Below are positions 63,581-64,000 of a DNA stretch of 64,000 nucleotides, in pieces (the first letter of the stretch is position 1; the number at the start of each line of letters is the position of its first letter). Under the pieces are notes generated by a model, which was given only the letters and a program-made list of their open reading frames with translations, was not told the origin of the DNA and made no database searches. The DNA lies in contig NC_090378.1 of assembly GCF_036365525.1 (NCBI RefSeq), positions 104,972,151 through 105,036,150 of the forward strand, given 5' to 3'. Both the position numbers and the translations under genes were made by a program. Origin of the DNA: Heterodontus francisci. Lineage: Eukaryota.

Positions 63581-64000
63581 TGACCATCTCCAACAAAAGA
63601 GAATCGAACCATCTCCCCTTGACATTCAATGGCATTACCATCACTGAATCCCCCACTATCAACATCCTAGGGGCTACCATTGACCAGAAACTGAACTGGA
63701 GTAGCCATATAAATACCGTGGCTACAAGAGCAGGTCAGAGGCTAGGAATCCTGCGGCGCGTAACTCATCTCCTGACTCCCCAAAGCCTGTCCACCATCTA
63801 CAAGACACAAGTCAGGAGTGTGATGGAATACTCTCCACTTGCCTGGATGGGTGCAGCTCCAACAACACTCAAGAGGCTTGACACCATCCAGGACAAAGCA
63901 GCCCGCTTAATTGGCACCCCATCCATAAACATTCACTCCCTCCACCACCGAGGCACAGTGGCAGCAGTGTGTACCATCTACAAGATGCACTGCAGCAATG
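63581..64000 (+). mobile_element. Zenon-like LINE fragment, running off the window
   Basis: Near-identical to 37030-37450 (tgaccatctccaaca...gcactgcagcaatg). Confidence 0.92.

Noticed and set aside
49399-64000. Next upstream PAPPA2 exon (TCLEDGLWS..) or ASTN1 exons
   Set aside because: No matching peptide found by eye; probably outside the window.

Overview
Eukaryotic, repeat-rich DNA from a cartilaginous fish (shark), inferred from V-SINE/HE1-like, SacSINE1-like DeuSINE, CR1 and Penelope repeats. The window is almost all intron of a minus-strand PAPPA2 (pappalysin-2) gene. Four coding exons with canonical splice sites and matching phases are visible (49230-49398, 27535-27667, 11279-11388, 591-662; C-terminal CCP/sushi modules). 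The rest is nested transposons: CR1 LINEs (two near full length), a single-ORF CR1/Zenon-like LINE family with related SINEs, L2 remnants, Penelope-like elements with hammerhead motifs, Harbinger-like MITEs, solo LTRs, a Gypsy RT remnant and a 30-bp minisatellite. Best lead: the Zenon-like LINE appears to begin with a tRNA-like (Pol III box) head, its sense strand is nearly free of TTTT terminators, and its SINEs look like internal deletions of it. This raises the hypothesis of a Pol III-transcribed autonomous LINE. Repeat boundaries were read by eye (about +/-10-30 nt unless TSDs are quoted), and family names come from recall, not database searches.
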